Shown: positions 26,958-39,923, numbered from the stretch's first letter. The stretch: 64,000 nt of DNA from Chiloscyllium plagiosum (GCF_004010195.1 NC_057750.1:18988895-19052894), one strand, 5' to 3'. Numbers and translations: made by a program. Notes: generated by a model not told the origin, from the letters alone.

Positions 26958-27703
26958 GAAGTCCCGAGGCTCTTTATTTCTCATAAATGACATAGTTGTT
27001 CTTTCCACTGCGCTGGACCAATATTAAACCCTTTAAAACCTCAATCAAAATAGAAATTTAGCTCCTAGTTTTTCACATAGGATCTTGTTGTGCCCAATTG
27101 TAGTCTGGTTATCTTGCATTACAGAAGGGAACACAACTCGGTCCCAATTGGAAGTACTTCTGACAGTGCAGCACTTCCTCAGCACTGCATTGGATTTCCC
27201 TGCCTAAATTGTTCTGCTTCAGTCTCTGGAGTGGGATCTAACTCACAACAAGCTTGAGCTGAGAAAAGTGTGCACCTTAACACGAGCCAAGTTTGAAAAT
27301 TGCTTTTTTAGGAAGCAGTGAAATGTTGAGATCAAGAAAAGCAAGGAAGCAACAAAAAAGAAACCGACATTGCAAAGATGTAGGTGAAGGGTGGAGGCTT
27401 AACTGATTGGCTCATTTAGTGCACTGGGATGCAGACAGTGAATCAAAATGGATCCTTTCCTTTGATGTGAGTCACCATCGCCTGGCACTCATGATGTCTG
27501 ATGCTTGTTCAAAATACTGCTGTGATGTTGCTCTGGTAGGGACTGAATTAGGGGCTGAATCTCAAATGGGGGTGAAAATCTTTTTATTTAATCATTCAAA
27601 GGACGTGGGCATTGCTGGATAGGATCCTTCCCATTCTCTAATTCCAACTTTGTGGTGGTATAACACAATGAAATATTTAAGTGAAAGATAGAAAACGTTT
27701 TAC

Positions 27704-27823
27704 CCCCACAGATTCTTTGGTTTTCTTGCAAGAAGTAGCCTGGGCGGCAGGAGCAATGAAATCCTCCAATATAGTTGTTGCAATAATGGCTGCAAGGATC
27801 CTCTTCCTTACATTCATCGACAT
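27704..27823 (-). CDS. c1s: C1s-like exon 4: calcium-binding EGF (DVDECKEEDPCSHYCNNYIGGFHCSCRPGYFLQENQRICG)
   Basis: AG/GT boundaries, 120 bp phase 1-1, six Cys, cbEGF consensus. Confidence 0.95.
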
Positions 27824-29029
27824 CTACAATGAAATAGAGACAGGTATATGTCACTTGTCAGTTTTATGGTTTCTCTCCTTGGGCTTTGGGCAGATGCAGA
27901 GCAAAATTGCCAGGGACAGTTGGGTGGGACAGGGAAGAGGAAAGAGACAGAGTCAAGAATTGAAATATAGGATTTTGTCAAGGGAACAGTAACTGTGAGT
28001 TGGACAATTTCCCAACTCTCAAACCCATTTCTATACAGAAGATTGCCCCTTTCCTTGGTATTCTTATTCTTGGGAGTTATGGTTGGTTGGACACTGTCAC
28101 GCATCTGCAGCAGTGCAGTAAATTATGCCAGCAGCTGAGTTTGGGCTGATATTTTGACACCCAGACTGGAATGAGCACGTTGCCATAACAGGAAATACTA
28201 GACAGACTAGGCCAGTGTCCTCTGAATAAAAACCAAAAGAACTGCAGATGCTGAAAATCAGATTTAAAATAAAAACAAAAATTGCTGGAAAAGCTCTGCA
28301 GGTCTGGCAGCATTGTGGAGAGAAATTAGAGTTCGTGTTTCAGGTCCAGCGACCCTTCCTCAGAACTCCATTTGACCCACCCTGCTCTGAGATGAGGGCA
28401 ACAAGTTAAGTTTATTTTGTGCGGGGGGGAAATTGATGATGGGCACTGCAGGCTGCACACTGCTCGGAATGTCAATGATGCTGAAATTCCTATCCCAAAT
28501 ACTCAAGACAGTGGAAGGGACACATGCCAGTATGGTGGTGGTGATGGTGTTGATGCACAAGGCACCATTGACAGCTGGCCAGATACTGATGTGTTGGTGA
28601 AGTTGAAGGTTTGATTGGGCAGAGTTTGACAATTATAGTCGAGAATACTGGCCTCAGACCATACATGGTCTCACAGCATGCAAAGGTGAGACCATTTTGA
28701 TGTGAACCACCATTGCTCAGCACCCATGATGTCTGATGCTTGTTCACAATACTGCAGTGATTTTGCTCGGGCAGGGACAGAATTACGAATCACAAATGGG
28801 GGTGAAGATCTTTTAATTAATCATATGAGGACGTGGGCATTGCTGGATAGGACAGCATCAATTGTGCTGGAGAAAGGTGGTGAGATGCCCTCTCGTGCTG
28901 TTACATTCCAGGTGGTGTTGGGACACAGTGCTCTTAGGAAGTACGTTCCAGGATTTTCACCCAGTGACATTGAAGGAATGATGACATAGTTCCAAATCAG
29001 GATATTGTGTGGCAGAAAGGAGAACTTTG

Positions 29030-31260
29030 AGGTGAAAGTGGCAGCCCTTGACATTAAGGCTGCATTCAACCAAGTGTGGCATCAAGGAGCCTCAGCAGAA
29101 CTGGAATCAATGGGTATCAGAGGGCAAACTCTCCACTGGTTGGAGTTATGGCTGGCACTTAGGAAGATGGTTGAGATTGTTGGAGGTCAGTATTCACTGC
29201 TCCAGAACATCTCTGAAGGAGTTAGGATAGTGTCCTATGCCCAACCATCTTCAACTGCTTCATCAATAATTCCCTCCATCATAAGGTCAGAAGTGGGAAT
29301 TTCACCAATGAATGCACAATGTCTAGCACCATTCTTTACTCCATCAACAGTGAACGTAGTCCATACTCAAATGCAACAAGCTCTGGACAGTCTCCAGTCT
29401 TGGGCTGAGAAGTGGCACATAACATCCATGCCACACAAATGCCAGGCAATGGCCAACTCTAATAAGAGACAATCTAATCACTACCCCTTGACATCTAATG
29501 ATGTTACCATTGGCCAAAACCTTAACTGGAGGAGAAAGTGAGGGCTGGAGATCAGAGATGGAAATGTGTTGCTGGAAAAGCGCAGCAGGTCAGGCAGCAT
29601 CTAGGGAACAGGAGAATCGACGTTTCGGGCATTAGCCCTTCTTCAGGAAGGGCTAATGCCCGAAACGTCGATTCTCCTGTTCCCTAGATGCTGCCTGACC
29701 TGCTGCGCTTTTCCAGCAACACATTTCCATCTCCAAAACCTTAACTGGACCCAGCACAGTGGCCACGAGAGCACGTCAACGTTTAGAAATACTGCAGTGA
29801 GTAACTCAACTCCTGACTCCCCAAATTGTACACCTACAATAAGGCACAGGTCTGGGGTGTGATAGAATAGTCCCCACCTCCAACAAAAGTCAAGAAGCTT
29901 TATCCATCCAGGCTAAAGCAACCCGCTTGGTTGGCATTACATTCACAAGCATTCACTCCCTCTACCAGCGACACTCAATCATAGCAGTTTATACTGTTGA
30001 CAAGATGCATTGCAGAAATTCATCAAAGATCTTCAGACAGCATTTTCTGAATGCAAGACTACTTCCATTGAAAAGGACAGGGGCAGCAGATAAACAGGAA
30101 CACCACCACCTGCAAGTTCCCCTCCCAGCCACTCACCATCCTGACTTGGAAATGTATTGCTGTTCCCTCGCTGTCACTTGGTCAAAATTCTGGTATTTCT
30201 TCCCTGAAGGCTTTATGTGCCAACATACAACATGTCGACTGCAGAGGTTCAAGAAGGTAGCTCACCATCGCCTTTGCAAGGGCAAACAGGTATGGGCAAT
30301 AAAATGGTGGCCAACCAGCGATGTCCAGGTCCCATGAGTGAATTAAAAAATACTTACTGAAGTGGTGTTCACCTGCATCAGCTGCTCATGTTCTTGGTGG
30401 TAGCATTTGAAAGCTGCAGTTCAAGGCCCCTTGATGAATTATTGCAGAGCACCTTGTAGATGGTGTACCATGTTGACACTGGACAAACAACTAAATATTT
30501 AAGATGGCAGATATCGTGCCAATAAAATGGGCATCTTTTATCCTGCTTAATATCAAGTTCCTTGCACATTGTTGGAGCTACATTCATCCAGGCAAGTGAG
30601 GCCTACTCCATCACATTCCTGACTTGTGCTTTGTGGATAGTGGAAGGTTCGGGGTGTCAGGAGGTGAGTTATTCACCAAAGGATTCCAAACTCTTGCAGA
30701 CCCTGCATTTATATGCCAAGTCCATTCAGTTTGCAGTCAATGGGTGTCCTGAGGATGGTGACAGTGGGTGATTCGGCAATGGTAATGTCATTGAATGTTA
30801 AGCGAGGATAGTTAAAATCTCTCTTGCTGGAGATGGACATTAACCTGGTGTGAGTTTACTTAGACCTTGTCAGCTCAAGCCTGAATGTTGTTCAGGTCTT
30901 GATGCATTTTTTATTTAAATTCATTCTTTTGATGAGTGCATCACTTGTAGCACCTGCATTTATTGCCCTTGGGAAGGTAGTGGTAAGCTGCCTTCTTGAA
31001 CACCTGACCCAATAATGGAAAGAATGTGATGATGAGGTGGATGGAAAGAATGTGATGACGAGGTGGCTGAAGATAGTTGGGCCTAGTGCACTACATGAGG
31101 TAACCCCTGCAGGGATCTCCTCGAGTTGAGATGACCAACAACCAACAACCACAACCATCATCCTATCTTTCAGATTGACTCCAACCAGTGGACAGTTTCC
31201 ACCCTGATTCTACTGATGCCAGGTTTGCTCACATGGTGAAATGTGGCCTTGATGTCAGAG
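29030..31260. mobile_element. Degenerate CR1/L2-related LINEs (plus strand 29030-30350, minus strand 30360-31260)
   Basis: KVAALDIKAAFNQVWHQG...GIRGQTLHWL RT motif; LGPTIFS on the minus strand. Confidence 0.7.
29531..29733. mobile_element. Young Penelope-type fold-back element: perfect 87-bp inverted repeat with 17-bp flanking direct repeat
   Basis: Arms 29555-29641 and 29647-29733; ccaaaaccttaactgga at 29514-29530 and 29733-29749. Confidence 0.85.
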
Positions 31261-31369
31261 ACTCTTACTTTGAGGTCCCCAGATTACTATCTGGGTGTCT
31301 GGATTAATAGTCTGGTGTTAATACTACTGGACCATCACTTCCCTTGGAAAAATACAACAAAAGCATATA

Positions 31370-31770
31370 CTTACACATAAAGAAAAAACACACACCTAGT
31401 GACACACTGACATATGGACACATACAAACACAAATGCACACAGATACAGATTCATGGATATATGCTCAGAATAATGCACAATGTCAGTATACAACAAACA
31501 CTCATACACTGTCACATACACAATTAAACAATATAGACACATAAACATGGACCCACACACATAGATGTGTACACAGATATACAAACACCTCCATCTACAT
31601 TCTCACACACGCGCAGACTCATTCACAGACTGGGATATATGAACAGATTCACACGCATACACAAATTTCACATGACCACACACACACATGTACACACTCT
31701 CACACACACTCATACACACAGATTCAAAACCACAGAAATGCACAGAGGCACATACACAAGACATACATCC
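31370..31770. repeat. Degenerate (CA)n-rich low-complexity tract
   Basis: Visible cacaca/catac repeats. Confidence 0.75.
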
Positions 31771-31918
31771 TGTTTTAATGCACAGGGAAAGAGGAATAGA
31801 AGGATGGCATGAAATGAAGAGTAAGGAGGAGATATTATGTTAGAACACACATCGGCACAAATTAGATGGCTCAAATGACCCTATGCTATTCTGTATTGAG
31901 TTTCTAATAACTTCATAC

Positions 31919-32093
31919 CAACTGCTGTATAGTAGGCAACAAATCCAGTATAACGTTCTTCATTGGAGAAATCTGATTTAAAAGTGACTTTCATCCAATT
32001 TCCTGTGGTCTGGTATTCTTGGGGGAATTGGAAATCTCCCTCCTCTTTGCTACTGCCACAGATTGGAGGATGAAGTGCTTCATCACAAAAGAT
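31919..32093 (-). CDS. c1s: C1s-like exon 3: CUB1 C-half (IFCDEALHPPICG...FKSDFSNEERYTGFVAYYTAV)
   Basis: AG at 32095-32094, GT at 31918; 175 bp open; SDFSNEERxTGF signature; not in the ORF track. Confidence 0.93.
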
Positions 32094-33209
32094 CTGGGAA
32101 AATGAAATGACACAATAAAATTAGCTTCATAATTTCAACTGTGAGACCCTCAAATGCAGATCTACAATCAATGGAAATTGTTGTATAGAAAAATGGGGAG
32201 ATTGAGGTATAGACTGCAAGATAGATGGAAACATAGATAAGATAGATGTATAAAATCTAAAAATAGCCAGACAATATATGATGGCTGTGAAGAAACATAA
32301 AGATAGACAATTAAATTGATGGACCGATAAAGACACATTATAGGTACATGAGACAGCTGATGGAGGTGGATGATGGATAGACAGACAGACAGATAAATCA
32401 AATAGGTTTAAATGGAAAATAATATTCAAAAGGATGAATTAAAGCACTTCATATAAAAGCATGCACCATTCACAAAAGAAGTTAATGATTTGAATGTGCA
32501 AACTGAGGTAAATGGTTAATATTTAGTTGCCATTATAGAGACTTGGCACTGAACATACAAGAACATTCTCCATTTAGGGGTCTGGGACAAAACAAAAGGA
32601 AGTAGAGTAGCACCCCTAGTAAGGAAATATATGAGTGTGTTAGTAAGATAGGGTGTTTGATTAAAAGATCAAGATGTCGAATTAGTTTGCATGGACCTAC
32701 AAGTCAGTGAGAGAAAGCAAACATTGCTGTGAATTGTTTATAGAATGCTAAAACATAGTTCTAATATTGGACATGCTCTAAATTAGGAAATTACAAGTAC
32801 ATGTAACCTGAGTATTAATGGGCAATGTAAATCTGCATATAACAGGGTTAAGCAAGTCAGCACAAATGGGTGAACCCCTGGAGTATGTGTGAGATAGTTT
32901 TCTGGGACAATATGTTGAGGAACTAAATAGGGAATCAGTCTATTTTGGATTTGATGTTATGTAATGAAAAAGGGTTAATTAATAATGTCACTGTAAAGGA
33001 ACCTTTACAAAATAACGGTTATAATACAATAGAATTTTAAATGAAGTTTGAACATAGTTCTTTCTGAAGCTACAGCATTAAATCTGAGCAAAGAAAATTC
33101 TGAGGCAATGAGGAGTAAGCTTGCTGAGGTGGATTGGTGAAAATACTTTAAATTATTTTATAATAGACAGACAATGGAAAATATTTAAAGAAATACTGTC
33201 CTGTCTGTA

Positions 33210-34672
33210 ACGTCTTGAAATGGATAAAGGTGGATAAGTCCCCAGGACCTGATCAGGTGTACCCGAGAACTCTGTGGGAAGCTAGAGAAGTGATTGCTTG
33301 TCCTCTTGCTGAGATATTTGTATCATCAATAGTCACAGGTGAGGTGCCGGAAGACTGGAGGTTGGCAAACTTGGTGCCACTGTTTAAGAAGGGTGGTAAA
33401 GACAAGCCAGGGAACTATACACCAGTGAGCCTGACCTCAGTGGTGGGCAAGTTGTTGGAGGGAATCCTGAGGGACAGGATGTACATGTATTTGGGAAGGC
33501 AAGGACTGATTCGGGGTAGTAAACATGGCTTTGTGCATGGGAAATCATGTCTCACAAACTTGACTGAGTTTTTTGAAGAAGTAACAAAGAAGATTGATGA
33601 GGGCAGAGCAGTAGTTGTGATTTTCTTGGACCTCAGTAAGGCGTTTGACAAGGTTCCCCATGGGAGACTGATTAGCAAGGTTAGATCTCATGGAATACAG
33701 GGAAAACTAGCCATTTGGATACAGAACTGGCTCAAAGGTAGAAGACAGAGGGTGGTGGTGGAGAGTTGGTTTTCAGACTGGAGGCCTGTGACCAGTGAAG
33801 TGCCACAAGGATCGGTGCTGGGCCCTCTACTTTTTGTCATTTACATAAATGATTTGGATGCGAGCATAAGAGGTACAGTTAGTAAGTTTGCAGATGACAC
33901 CAAAATTGGAGGNNNNNNNNNNNNNNNNNNNNNNNNNNNNNNNNNNNNNNNNNNNNNNNNNNNNNNNNNNNNNNNNNNNNNNNNNNNNNNNNNNNNNNNN
34001 NNNNNNNNNNNNNNNNNNNNNNNNNNNNNNNNNNNNNNNNNNNNNNNNNNNNNNNNNNNNNNNNNNNNNNNNNNNNNNNNNNNNNNNNNNNNNNNNNNNN
34101 NNNNNNNNNNNNNNNNNNNNNNNNNNNNNNNNNNNNNNNNNNNNNNNNNNNNNNNNNNNNNNNNNNNNNNNNNNNNNNNNNNNNNNNNNNNNNNNNNNNN
34201 NNNNNNNNNNNNNNNNNNNNNNNNNNNNNNNNNNNNNNNNNNNNNNNNNNNNNNNNNNNNNNNNNNNNNNNNNNNNNNNNNNNNNNNNNNNNNNNNNNNN
34301 NNNNNNNNNNNNNNNNNNNNNNNNNNNNNNNNNNNNNNNNNNNNNNNNNNNNNNNNNNNNNNNNNNNNNNNNNNNNNNNNNNNNNNNNNNNNNNNNNNNN
34401 NNNNNNNNNNNNNNNNNNNNNNNNNNNNNNNNNNNNNNNNNNNNNNNNNNNNNNNNNNNNNNNNNNNNNNNNNNNNNNNNNNNNNNNNNNNNNNNNNNNN
34501 NNNNNNNNNNNNNNNNNNNNNNNNNNNNNNNNNNNNNNNNNNNGCATTTGGATGGGTATATGAATAGGAAGGGTTTGGAGGGATATGGGCCGGGTGCTGG
34601 CAGGTGGGACTAGATTGGATTGGGATATCTGGTCGGCATGGACAGGTTGGACTGAAGGGTCTGTTTCCATGT
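33210..34672 (+). mobile_element. Young CR1 LINE ORF2 (RT), spanning an assembly gap
   Basis: Open frame [10 protein letters not shown]...[13 protein letters not shown]...[18 protein letters not shown]...FADDTK. Confidence 0.95.
33913..34543. other. Assembly gap (N)
   Basis: Run of n. Confidence 1.
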
Positions 34673-36671
34673 TTATAAGAATGTCAGAAATAGTGGCAGG
34701 CATGAGGATTGGGAGAAAATTAGGACTGAACAAAGGAGAACCAACAAACTGACAAGCAAAGGGAAAACAAAATGTAGATGTAAGCTAGCAAAGAACATAA
34801 ACGCTGACCATAAAAGCTCCTACTCATGAAAGGAAAAATATTAGAGGGGGTAAATGAAGGCCCTTTGGATGTGGAGCTTAGAGAGTTTATAATGGAGAAT
34901 TGGTAATGCAGATAAACTAGTTATTTTGCATCTGTCTTCAAGGACACAGAAAACCTCCCAGAAGTGAGGCAACCATGGGACTTGTGCAACTGAAAAGCTA
35001 AAAGACATTTGTATTAGTAAAGCGGTCATAGTGGATTAATTAAGGGCTTATAAGCCTTCTGGAGCAGTTGAGCTTAATCCCCAAGTACTTAAGAAAGCAG
35101 TAATAGAGATAACAGAGTCATTGGTGGTTACCGTTCTTAATTCTAACAATTCTGGAAAGATTCCTGCTGACTAGAAAGTGGTAAATATAGCCCTAATATT
35201 TAAGAAGGAAGGGAGAGAGAGAGTGAGTGGAGAACAACAGACATGTTAGCTTGCCATCTGTGGTTGGAAAAATGTTAGAGTTATAAAATGTGTGATATCT
35301 GTACATTTGGAAAGAATGGCAAGATTGGGCAGAATGAAAATGGATTTATGAAAGAGAATCATATTTGACACACTTGGAGTTTTTGAGGATATATTTGTAA
35401 TATAGGTATGTGTGTGTGGTGCATAATGATTTCCTGAAGGCTTTTAATCAGGTCTACAGGAGATTAGTAAATAAAATTACAGAGTGTGGAATTAGGAAAA
35501 TATACCAGAATGGATTGAGAATTAGTTAATAGATAGAAAGCAGAGTTTAGGAATAAAAGGATCATTATTTGATAGCAGGCTTTTGCAAATGGAATACTGT
35601 CAGGGTTACTGCACTGTCTACAAGTTTTTACAACCCTTATAGGAACGGTTTGAATGTGGAGATCAATTGTAATATTTCTAACTGTGCTAATGTCATCAAG
35701 CTAGGTGTGAATGTAAATTGTGAGGTGGCTTCAAGAAGATTGGACAGCCTAATTGAATGGGTTAAAGCACGCCAGATGGAATATGTAAAAACTTGTGAAG
35801 ATTTTAGTTTACGAGTAAAATGGGAAAGGTAGAATATTTGTGAAAACGTAAGAGGTCAAGTAATGTGCATATCCAACAGGGTACGGCATTCCTTGTCCAT
35901 GTGTTTCTAACAGCTGCCATGCAGTGAGCAATTTGGAAGCTAAATTGTTTATCGCTGTTTGTTATCTATTAACTAATTCTCAATCCATTCTAGTATATAT
36001 TCCTAATTCCACACTCTGTAATTTTATTTACTAATCTCCTGTGACACCTTATCAAAAGCCTTCAGGAAATCCATATGCACCACACACATATACCTATGTT
36101 ACAAATATATCCTCAAAAACTCCAAGTGTGTCAAATATGATTCTCTTTCATAAATCCATTTTCATTCTGCCCAATCTTTGAGAACAGAAGTAAAGATGCC
36201 TTATTGCAGTTGTATACAGCCTTGGTGAGGCTGGAGCTTGAGTATTGTATATTGCTTTGGTCTCCTTACTTGCAGAAGAATGTATTTGCTGTTAAGGAAA
36301 CACAGTGGAGGTTTATCAGATTAACCCTTGGGATGGCAGGATTGTTTTAGGAGGAGACATTGAGGAAGCTGGATGTATATTCTCCACAAGGTGAAAGTGA
36401 CGTTGTAGATTAGAGTCGAGAGTGTGGTGCTGGAAAAGCACAGCAGGTCAGGCAGCATCTGAGGAGCAGGAGAATCGAAGTTTTGGGCAAAAGCCCTTCA
36501 TCAGGTATTCTCTACAGTTTTGAAGACTGAGAGGTTGTCTCATTGAAAGTTACAAAATGATTTCAGGACGTAAGAGGATGAACATGGAGAGGATGTTTCT
36601 CCTTGATTGTAAGATCTCAAATTAAACCATTTAGCCCATCGAGTCTGCTCTGGAGATGGAGGCTCCAGAAT

Positions 36672-37012
36672 TTATAGAATCCTTGCAGTGTGGAAACAGG
36701 CCATTTGGCCCAACAAGTCCATACTGACCCTCCAAAGAGTAACCCACCCAGACCATTCCCCTACCCTATTACTCGACATTTACCCCTTACTAATGCATCT
36801 AATCTACACATCACTGAACACTATGGGCAATTTAGCATGGGCAATTTACCTAACCTTCAAATCTTTGGACTGTGGGAGGAAACTCGAGCACCCAGAGGTA
36901 ACCCATGCAGATACTGGGAGAACATGCAAACGTCACGCAGACAGTCACTTGAGGTTGGAATCAAACCCGGGTCCCTGGTGCTGTGAGGCGGCAGTGCTAA
37001 CCACTGAGCCAC
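36672..37012 (-). mobile_element. V-SINE (HE1-like)
   Basis: Same head, V-domain and tail as 24408-24727. Confidence 0.85.
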
Positions 37013-38059
37013 TAAGGGAGGCATCATCCTAGAACCAAGGGTAGGCTACTTAACACTGAGATGGGAAGGAATTTATTCACTCATAGAGTGGTAAATCTTT
37101 GGAATTCTCTACCCCAAAGGGCTGTGGAAACTTAATCATTAAACAGATTCAAGACAGAAATCAATAGATTTCTGGAAGCTAATCACATCAAAGGATATGG
37201 AAATCGTCCAGCAAAGTGTTTCAAAGGGATTTGATTATAAAAGTAAGGAGTTCGAGTTAAACATATAGAAGGCACTAATCATACAACAGGAGGAATACTG
37301 TGAACATGGTGAATACCATATCCAAGGAAAGATATACTGACATTGGAAGGAGTCCTGAGAAAGTCCATTATTTTGATCCTGTGTAAGGAAGGATGTTCTT
37401 ATGAGGAGATGTTGAGTAGTTTGGGCTTGTAAACATTGGAGTTAGAAGAATGCAACACTTAAGTTTCATTGTGGATTTGATAGGGATGATGCAGAGAGGT
37501 TGGTCTCCTTGTGGGAGAGCCTCGGACTAGAGGGCACAATCTCAAAGGAAGGTGTTACCCTTTTAAAACAATGATGAAGAGGATTTGTTTCTCTCAGAGA
37601 GTGATGAATTTGTGAAATTCTTTACCACAGAGAAGTCTTGAGGCTGGGTCATAAAGTATATTTAAGGCTGAGATAGACAGATTCCTAACCATTAAGGGAA
37701 TCATTTGTTATTGTGATAAAAGTAAAGTAAATGTTCAATGGACTGAAAGGCCTTCTTCTGCTACCACATCTGGTTCTAAAGTGGAATTGGGATGTTGATC
37801 AGCAATAATCTAGAGTGGATGGGGCAGGCTCAATGGCTGAATGGCCTACTCCAGTTCCCATGTTCCTAAAATAATTGAGATGTATGTTACAAAAACAAAG
37901 AGATCATTACCAAGAATTTAGACTTGTAGCAATGATAAATATAAAGATAGACAAGTAAGTTATCTTATTGTTAGGAGGAAAACCTGACAACTAAATTCAT
38001 GTTCATCACTCAACTTGGACTGTATTAACAATTTGGCAATTTGTGCTCTCTATGGACAA

Positions 38060-38470
38060 GCTTGGGCCGAGTCCCAGAGTGGGGAGGAGAGAGAGTGAGA
38101 GCAGATTCCAGGAGAGGGGAGCAGAGAGAGTGTGTTCCAAGTCCCAGAATGGGGAGCAGAGCGAGTGTAGGCTGAGTCCTGGAGTGGGGAGCTGAGAGAG
38201 TGCAGGCTGGGTCCTGGAGTGGGAAGCAGAGAGAGTGCAGGCTGGGTCCTGGAGTGGGGGGGCAGAGAGTGTGGGGCGGGTCCCAGAGTGGGGAGCAGAG
38301 AGAGTGTGGGCCGGGTCCCAGAGTGGGGAGCTGAGAGATTGTGGGCTGGGTCCCGGAGTGGGGAGCAGTGAGAGTGTGGGCCGAGTCCCAGAGTGGGGAG
38401 CAGAGAGAGTGTGGGCCGGGTCCCAGAGTGGGGAGCTGAAAGAGTGTGGGCTGGGTCCCATAGCAGAGAG
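38060..38470 (+). repeat. 35-bp GC-rich minisatellite (gggtcccagagtggggagcagagagagtgtgggcc), about 11 units
   Basis: Direct reading. Confidence 0.9.
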
Positions 38471-38892
38471 TTGAGATTGTGCGAGCTGATTTCTGTAACT
38501 GGGAGCAGAGCAGGTGCAGGCTGCATCCCGGAGCTGGGAACAGAGCGAGTCATGGTCAAGTCTCGGAGCGGGTAGCAGAGAGAGTCATGGACAGAGGCCA
38601 GCACCTGGAGGCAGCATGGCCTTGTGTTCTGAAGGCCAGAGGGCGCAGACTCCTGTTGGAAAATGAGTTTAACCTGAGTACTTTAAAGACACTTTAAATT
38701 CTTATTCTGAACTCTTAAACTCAGTATTCCCGTACTAGTCTTTTTCTTTGCTCTTTTAAATCTGCGACAACACTTAAAAGTATCTGTACCTAGATGTTCT
38801 GTACCTAAGATGGCATTGAGCAGCGACATTACAAACTTTACACTGCATTGATTCAAGTGCACTTGAAGGCTGTTCTCAGCTAAATGGGTTAC

Positions 38893-39109
38893 CTGCACAT
38901 AGTCATAGGCACAGTTGGCTGATGGCTCAATGTTGATGTGGCTGAAGTAGAGTTTGATGCCATAGCCCCTCGGAACTTGGATATCCCAGCTTTGCTGCTC
39001 ATTGTCAGGATAGCCTTGGGGGTAATTGAGAGATGTGAACTGGCCGTGGAAACCATCCAGGGAAATGCTGCAGAAAGCCGGGCGCATGAGAAGGAGCGAC
39101 ACAATTATC
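38893..39109 (-). CDS. c1s: C1s-like exon 2: signal peptide + CUB1 N-half ([14 protein letters not shown]...NCAYDYVQ)
   Basis: (CT)n pyrimidine tract and AG at 39111-39110, donor GTAAC at 38892; 217 bp; CUB motifs NYPQGYP, W-I-VP-GY-I-LYF. Confidence 0.93.
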
Positions 39110-39284
39110 CTAAAGAAGCAGAGGAGAAAGAGAGAGAGAGAGAGAGAGAGATATACACACAGAGTGATTGTACTGAATGTTGAAGACACAAATATTCTTT
39201 CTTGTTGTCTATTAGTTGGTACTCATTTGATGCTCTGTTCATAGTAAGCATATGTCTCCCTATTTTCTATCCATATGCTCTAAA

Positions 39285-39800
39285 AGTACTGAGGGAGTGC
39301 TGCACTGTCAGAGGGTCAGTACTGAAAAAGCTCTGCACTGTCAGTGCGTCAGTACTGAAGGGGTGCAGCACTGTCAGTGAGTCAGTATTGAGGGAATTCT
39401 GCATTGTTGGAGTGCCCTACTGAGGGAGTGCTGCACAATCAGTGAGTCAATATTAAGGGAGTGCTGCACTGTCAGTGAGTCAGTACTGAGGGAGTGCTGC
39501 ATCGTTGGAGTGTCTTACTGAGGGAGTGCTGCACTGTCAGATGTGCCAGCTTTTCGCTGAAGTATGAAACTGACACCAGATCTGTTCTTCATCCATAAAA
39601 AATCTCATGACAATATTTGAGGCATAGAAGGGAATACGACACAGTGCCTGAGGCCAATATTTAAAATTCAAGTATGATCATGAGAAAATACGGATTACCT
39701 GGTCAGATTACTAATTGTTGAATCTTGCTATATGCAAATTACCCACCACATTTTCCACATAGCAACAGTGATTAAACATATTTTAAAAAGTGAATCTGCA
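39285..39800 (+). mobile_element. Deu-type SINE (AmnSINE1/SacSINE1-like) with amplified 33-bp units
   Basis: gggagtgctgcactgtcag units followed by gaatcttgctatatgcaaatt...caacagtga tail. Confidence 0.6.
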
Positions 39801-39923
39801 TAGCCTGTTGGTTCAGTTAGGCACATGATAGAAACTCAAACTTTTTAATGCTATCTTTCATCTTTACTTTTGCTCTCTCCCTTTTTCTTTCTTTCTCTTT
39901 TTCCCTCTTTCATTCTTACTCAC

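Larger units (their letters stand above)
32440..37865 (+). mobile_element. Nest of old CR1 LINE pieces with younger insertions
   Basis: Decayed endonuclease (32440-33190), RT (34690-35950) and 3' (36180-37865) segments. Confidence 0.65.

Noticed and set aside
27490..27505. atgatg/ctga words suggesting a C/D box snoRNA
   Set aside because: The boxes are adjacent, with no guide spacing or terminal stem.
33879..34733. Long ORFs of 241-450 aa
   Set aside because: Length is inflated by the N gap; the real part is CR1 RT.
38006..38604. Long repetitive ORFs (LWDPAHTLSAPHSGTRP...)
   Set aside because: Translation of a 35-bp minisatellite in an intron; open in several frames with no domain.
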